From: Chloroflexota bacterium
GTDB taxonomy: Bacteria > Chloroflexota > Dehalococcoidia > UBA2979
NCBI GenBank assembly: GCA_947479915.1
Contig: CANKAU010000007.1
Coordinates: 16,190 to 80,189, forward strand
DNA length: 64,000 bases
Reading direction: 5' to 3'
The translations under genes were made by a program, and so were the position numbers. Below the pieces are notes generated by a model that did no database searches, was not told where the DNA came from, and was given only the letters and a program-made list of their open reading frames with translations. Positions 61,391-64,000 of the stretch are shown in pieces (within the stretch, counting starts at the first letter, position 1; every line of letters begins with the position of its first letter).

Positions 61391-61487
61391 CACGCGCTCC
61401 AAACTCCAGATACGCGACGGCCCCGCTGAGCGGGGCCGTCCGTGTTGTGTGCTCAGTCGAGGTGGCTCGGCCGCCTCGTGCGGGCCG

Positions 61488-61916
61488 CTAGTTGCAGGCC
61501 CGCGGCGTCCCACCGCCGTCGGCCGTCTGGAAGGACGAGCCGCAGGCGCACGAGGAGGTCGCGTTCGGGTTGTAGATCGTGAAGCCGGACTTCATCAGAT
61601 CCTCGACGTAGTCGATCTCGGCGCCGCTGATCATCGGGACGGAGTCGCGGTCGACCACGACCTTCACGCCGCCGGTCGCCTCGATCACCTGGTCCTCGGC
61701 CTCGACCTGCGTGGCGATCGCCATGCCGTACTGGTAGCCGGAGCAGCCGCCGCCGACGACGAACACGCGAAGCATGCCGTCCGGGGCGCCCTTCGAGGCG
61801 AGCAGCGACTGCGCCTTCACGGCGGCGCGCTCGGTGACGGTGACGGACGCCGTCAGGCTCGGGAGGGTGAACGCGGGCGTGCTTGAGATCGGCGCACCCA
61901 TGCCAGCAAGAGTCAT
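61488..61916 (-). CDS. A-type Fe-S carrier (IscA/ErpA/HesB)
   Basis: GGGCSGYQY and NPNA.SSCACGSSF. Confidence 0.93.
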   Translation of the reverse strand: MTLAGMGAPISSTPAFTLPSLTASVTVTERAAVKAQSLLASKGAPDGMLRVFVVGGGCSGYQYGMAIATQVEAEDQVIEATGGVKVVVDRDSVPMISGAEIDYVEDLMKSGFTIYNPNATSSCACGSSFQTADGGGTPRACN

Positions 61917-62076
61917 GTCGTCCTCGATCCGTTCGTGAATCTCATTCGTGGATCACGGGGCCTCGCGAGGTCGCGCGGCACCGGGTGATGCTGTCTTCAT
62001 GATACGCGCCGGGGGTATGCCCCACAACGCGTGACCGGATCGCGTCCCGCTCGGCTGTGCGCGACCGTGCGCGGAC

Positions 62077-62298
62077 TCAGGCGCCCCGTGTGCGCTGCCA
62101 CCACCGGCGCAGCGCTACCCCGGACCAGATCGCCTCGACGACCCCGAAGGGCCACGCGCCCTGCATGAACCCGTAAACCGAGGAGGCCACGCACGCCGCG
62201 GCGAACGCCAGCACGAACCACGGCGAGCGATCCTCCAGCGCGTAGAAGGCGAGCATCAGCGTGACGGCCGCCGCCCCGAAGAGCGTGAGCGCGTCCAT
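62077..62298 (-). CDS. Small membrane protein
   Basis: MDALTLFG...YALEDRSPWF...YGFMQGAWPFGVVEAIW; three short TM segments. Confidence 0.75.
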   Translation of the reverse strand: MDALTLFGAAAVTLMLAFYALEDRSPWFVLAFAAACVASSVYGFMQGAWPFGVVEAIWSGVALRRWWQRTRGA

Positions 62299-62317
62299 CA
62301 GCGGGGAGCGGCTCGAG

Positions 62318-62968
62318 TCATGGGGCGGTGACGAGGTAGCCCGAGTGGAAGTCGTGCGGGATCTCCGCAGCGGGGATCGGCTGCACGTCCACCTCGAGGA
62401 TCTGGGAGAGCATCCGGCGGTCATGGTCGCAGGTGCCGGGCTTCCCGCCGGTGAGCCGGGTGCAGGGACAGCCTCGTCCGAGCAGCCGCACCGCGCCGTC
62501 GTGAGTCACAACCTCGAAGTCGATGCCCTCCTCGGCGACCAGTCGGACCACGGAGCGCACGCGCGCCTCCAGCGTGTCGCCACTGACGCGCGGGGCGTAC
62601 TCGGTGGCAATGCGATCCGCCATCTTCTCGAAGACCAGCGCGGCAATATCGCCGCCGGAGCGCCCCGCCGTCTCGGCAGCGTCGAGGCCCACGATCTCGC
62701 CGAGCAGGCGCTGCGTCAGGCGGACGTAGTGGTGGGGAAAGAGGTCGGCGCCCGCTTCGGTCAGGGAGAAGAGGTGGCGCGGACGGCCGGTCTGGCCTCG
62801 CACCTGGGTGACGGAGACGTAGTTGTCGCGCTGGAGGACGTCCAGGTGCCGGCGCACGGTGGCCCCGGCGAGCCCGAGTTCGGCGGCGAGATCCTCGACG
62901 CCGACGCGCTCGCGCCGACGGAGGATGGCGAGGATCTCCTCGCGGGTGCCATCAACGTGGGCGGGCAT
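62318..62968 (-). CDS. Second SufR-like HTH regulator
   Basis: TREEIL, VRRHL, GRPR..FSLTEAG...FP..Y, GCPC...CDHD; divergent from a cysteine desulfurase. Confidence 0.82.
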   Translation of the reverse strand: MPAHVDGTREEILAILRRRERVGVEDLAAELGLAGATVRRHLDVLQRDNYVSVTQVRGQTGRPRHLFSLTEAGADLFPHHYVRLTQRLLGEIVGLDAAETAGRSGGDIAALVFEKMADRIATEYAPRVSGDTLEARVRSVVRLVAEEGIDFEVVTHDGAVRLLGRGCPCTRLTGGKPGTCDHDRRMLSQILEVDVQPIPAAEIPHDFHSGYLVTAP

Positions 62969-63051
62969 GCCCCGATCCTAGCATCGTTTTTCTCCTTTTC
63001 GAGCGAAATACGTTCAAAACCGCGCATTCCCCGCCGGGGTATTCTTTGATC

Positions 63052-64000
63052 ATGACCGCCAACACCACCCCGCTGGGCTCCGGCCACGCCCGGATCTACC
63101 TCGATCACGCCGCGACCACGCCGCCTGACCCGGGCGTGGTGGACGTGATGATCCCGTTCCTCCGCGAGCAGTGGCACAACCCGTCGTCGATCTACGTGGA
63201 GGCGCAGCGCGCCCGCACGAGCATCGACGAGGCGCGGGCGACGATCGCCGCGCTCATCGGCGCACAGCCGGACGAGGTGCTGTTCACCAGCGGCGGCTCC
63301 GAGGGCGACAGCCTCGCACTGCGGGGCGTGCTGGCGGCGTCCCGGCGGCGCGGCAAGCACCTCATCGTTTCGTCCGTGGAGCACCACGCCGTCCTCGACA
63401 CCGCCGAGCAGCTTGAGCGCGACGGGATCGCCGAGGTGACGGTCGTCGGCGTGGGCGCGGACGGCCGCGTCGACCCCGCGACCGTGGAGGCCGCCGTCCG
63501 CGACGACACGGTGCTCGTCTCGATCATGCACGCGAACAACGAGGTCGGCGCGGTCAACGACATCGCGGAGATCGCGCGCCGCGTCCGGGCGAAGAATCCG
63601 CACGCGATGGTGCACACGGACGCGGTGCAGTCGGCCGCGCACCTCGGCGTACACGTCGACCGCCTCGGCGTCGACCTGATGACGATCACGGCCCACAAGC
63701 TCTACGGACCGCGCGGCGCGGGTGCGCTGTACGTGCGGTCGGGCACGCCGCTGCAGGGCCAGATCGTCGGCGGCGGACAGGAGCGCGGCATCCGCGCCGG
63801 CACCGAGGACACCGCGGCGATCGCTGGCTTCGCGCACGCGATGACGCTCGCCTCGGAGCGCCGCGAGGCCGACCTTGGCCACGAGCGCGCGCTGCAGGAG
63901 CGGCTGCTGGCGGAACTCCCGGCGCGCATCCCGATGCTCGCGATCACCGGCCCGCGCGACCTCGCGCACCGCCTGCCCGGCAACGTCTCGTGCACCGTCG
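63052..64000 (+). CDS. iscS: Cysteine desulfurase, group I (IscS/NifS); runs off the right edge
   Basis: Not in the ORF track. IYLDHAATTP, NPSS, FTSGGSE, VEHHAV, MHANNEVG, HTDAVQ, AHKLYGPRG.G, GGGQERG.RAGTE. Confidence 0.92.
   Translation, partial: MTANTTPLGSGHARIYLDHAATTPPDPGVVDVMIPFLREQWHNPSSIYVEAQRARTSIDEARATIAALIGAQPDEVLFTSGGSEGDSLALRGVLAASRRRGKHLIVSSVEHHAVLDTAEQLERDGIAEVTVVGVGADGRVDPATVEAAVRDDTVLVSIMHANNEVGAVNDIAEIARRVRAKNPHAMVHTDAVQSAAHLGVHVDRLGVDLMTITAHKLYGPRGAGALYVRSGTPLQGQIVGGGQERGIRAGTEDTAAIAGFAHAMTLASERREADLGHERALQERLLAELPARIPMLAITGPRDLAHRLPGNVSCTV

Overview
High-GC bacterial chromosome segment with about 70 CDS and no rRNA, tRNA, CRISPR array or transposase that I could recognise. 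Gene content (many MaoC, DinB and PaaI proteins, an orphan Tat family-5 solute-binding lipoprotein, frequent leaderless genes) suggests Chloroflexota, probably Dehalococcoidia-like; this taxonomy is inference only. The housekeeping backbone is rnd, a classical menaquinone cluster (menF-D-H-B-A-C-E), acsA, citrate synthase, a LonC-type protease, glcDEF, a sufR-C-B-D-Rieske ferredoxin-S-U-T operon, a PhaJ/PhaB-like pair, alkA, an fmt-like gene, ald, a GltD-like oxidoreductase, a Fur-family regulator, an ECF sigma/RskA pair, and a second Fe-S locus (IscA/ErpA, SufR paralogue, IscS). The most notable signals are missed or truncated by the ORF track or unexplained by the backbone. (1) A FrnE/DsbA-like gene has an in-frame TGA at its CxxC motif followed by a SECIS-like hairpin, consistent with a selenoprotein. 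(2) A tandem pair of lipoprotein units has nearly identical flanks, promoters and signal-peptide starts but unrelated cores. (3) A self-contained transcription unit encodes a 27-aa KPAA-repeat peptide. (4) A Rieske-like membrane protein has lost all four cluster ligands but kept the disulfide cysteines. (5) A PHP-MaoC fusion is paired with a MaoC lacking the catalytic motif. (6) An inserted HEPN-like gene follows citrate synthase.
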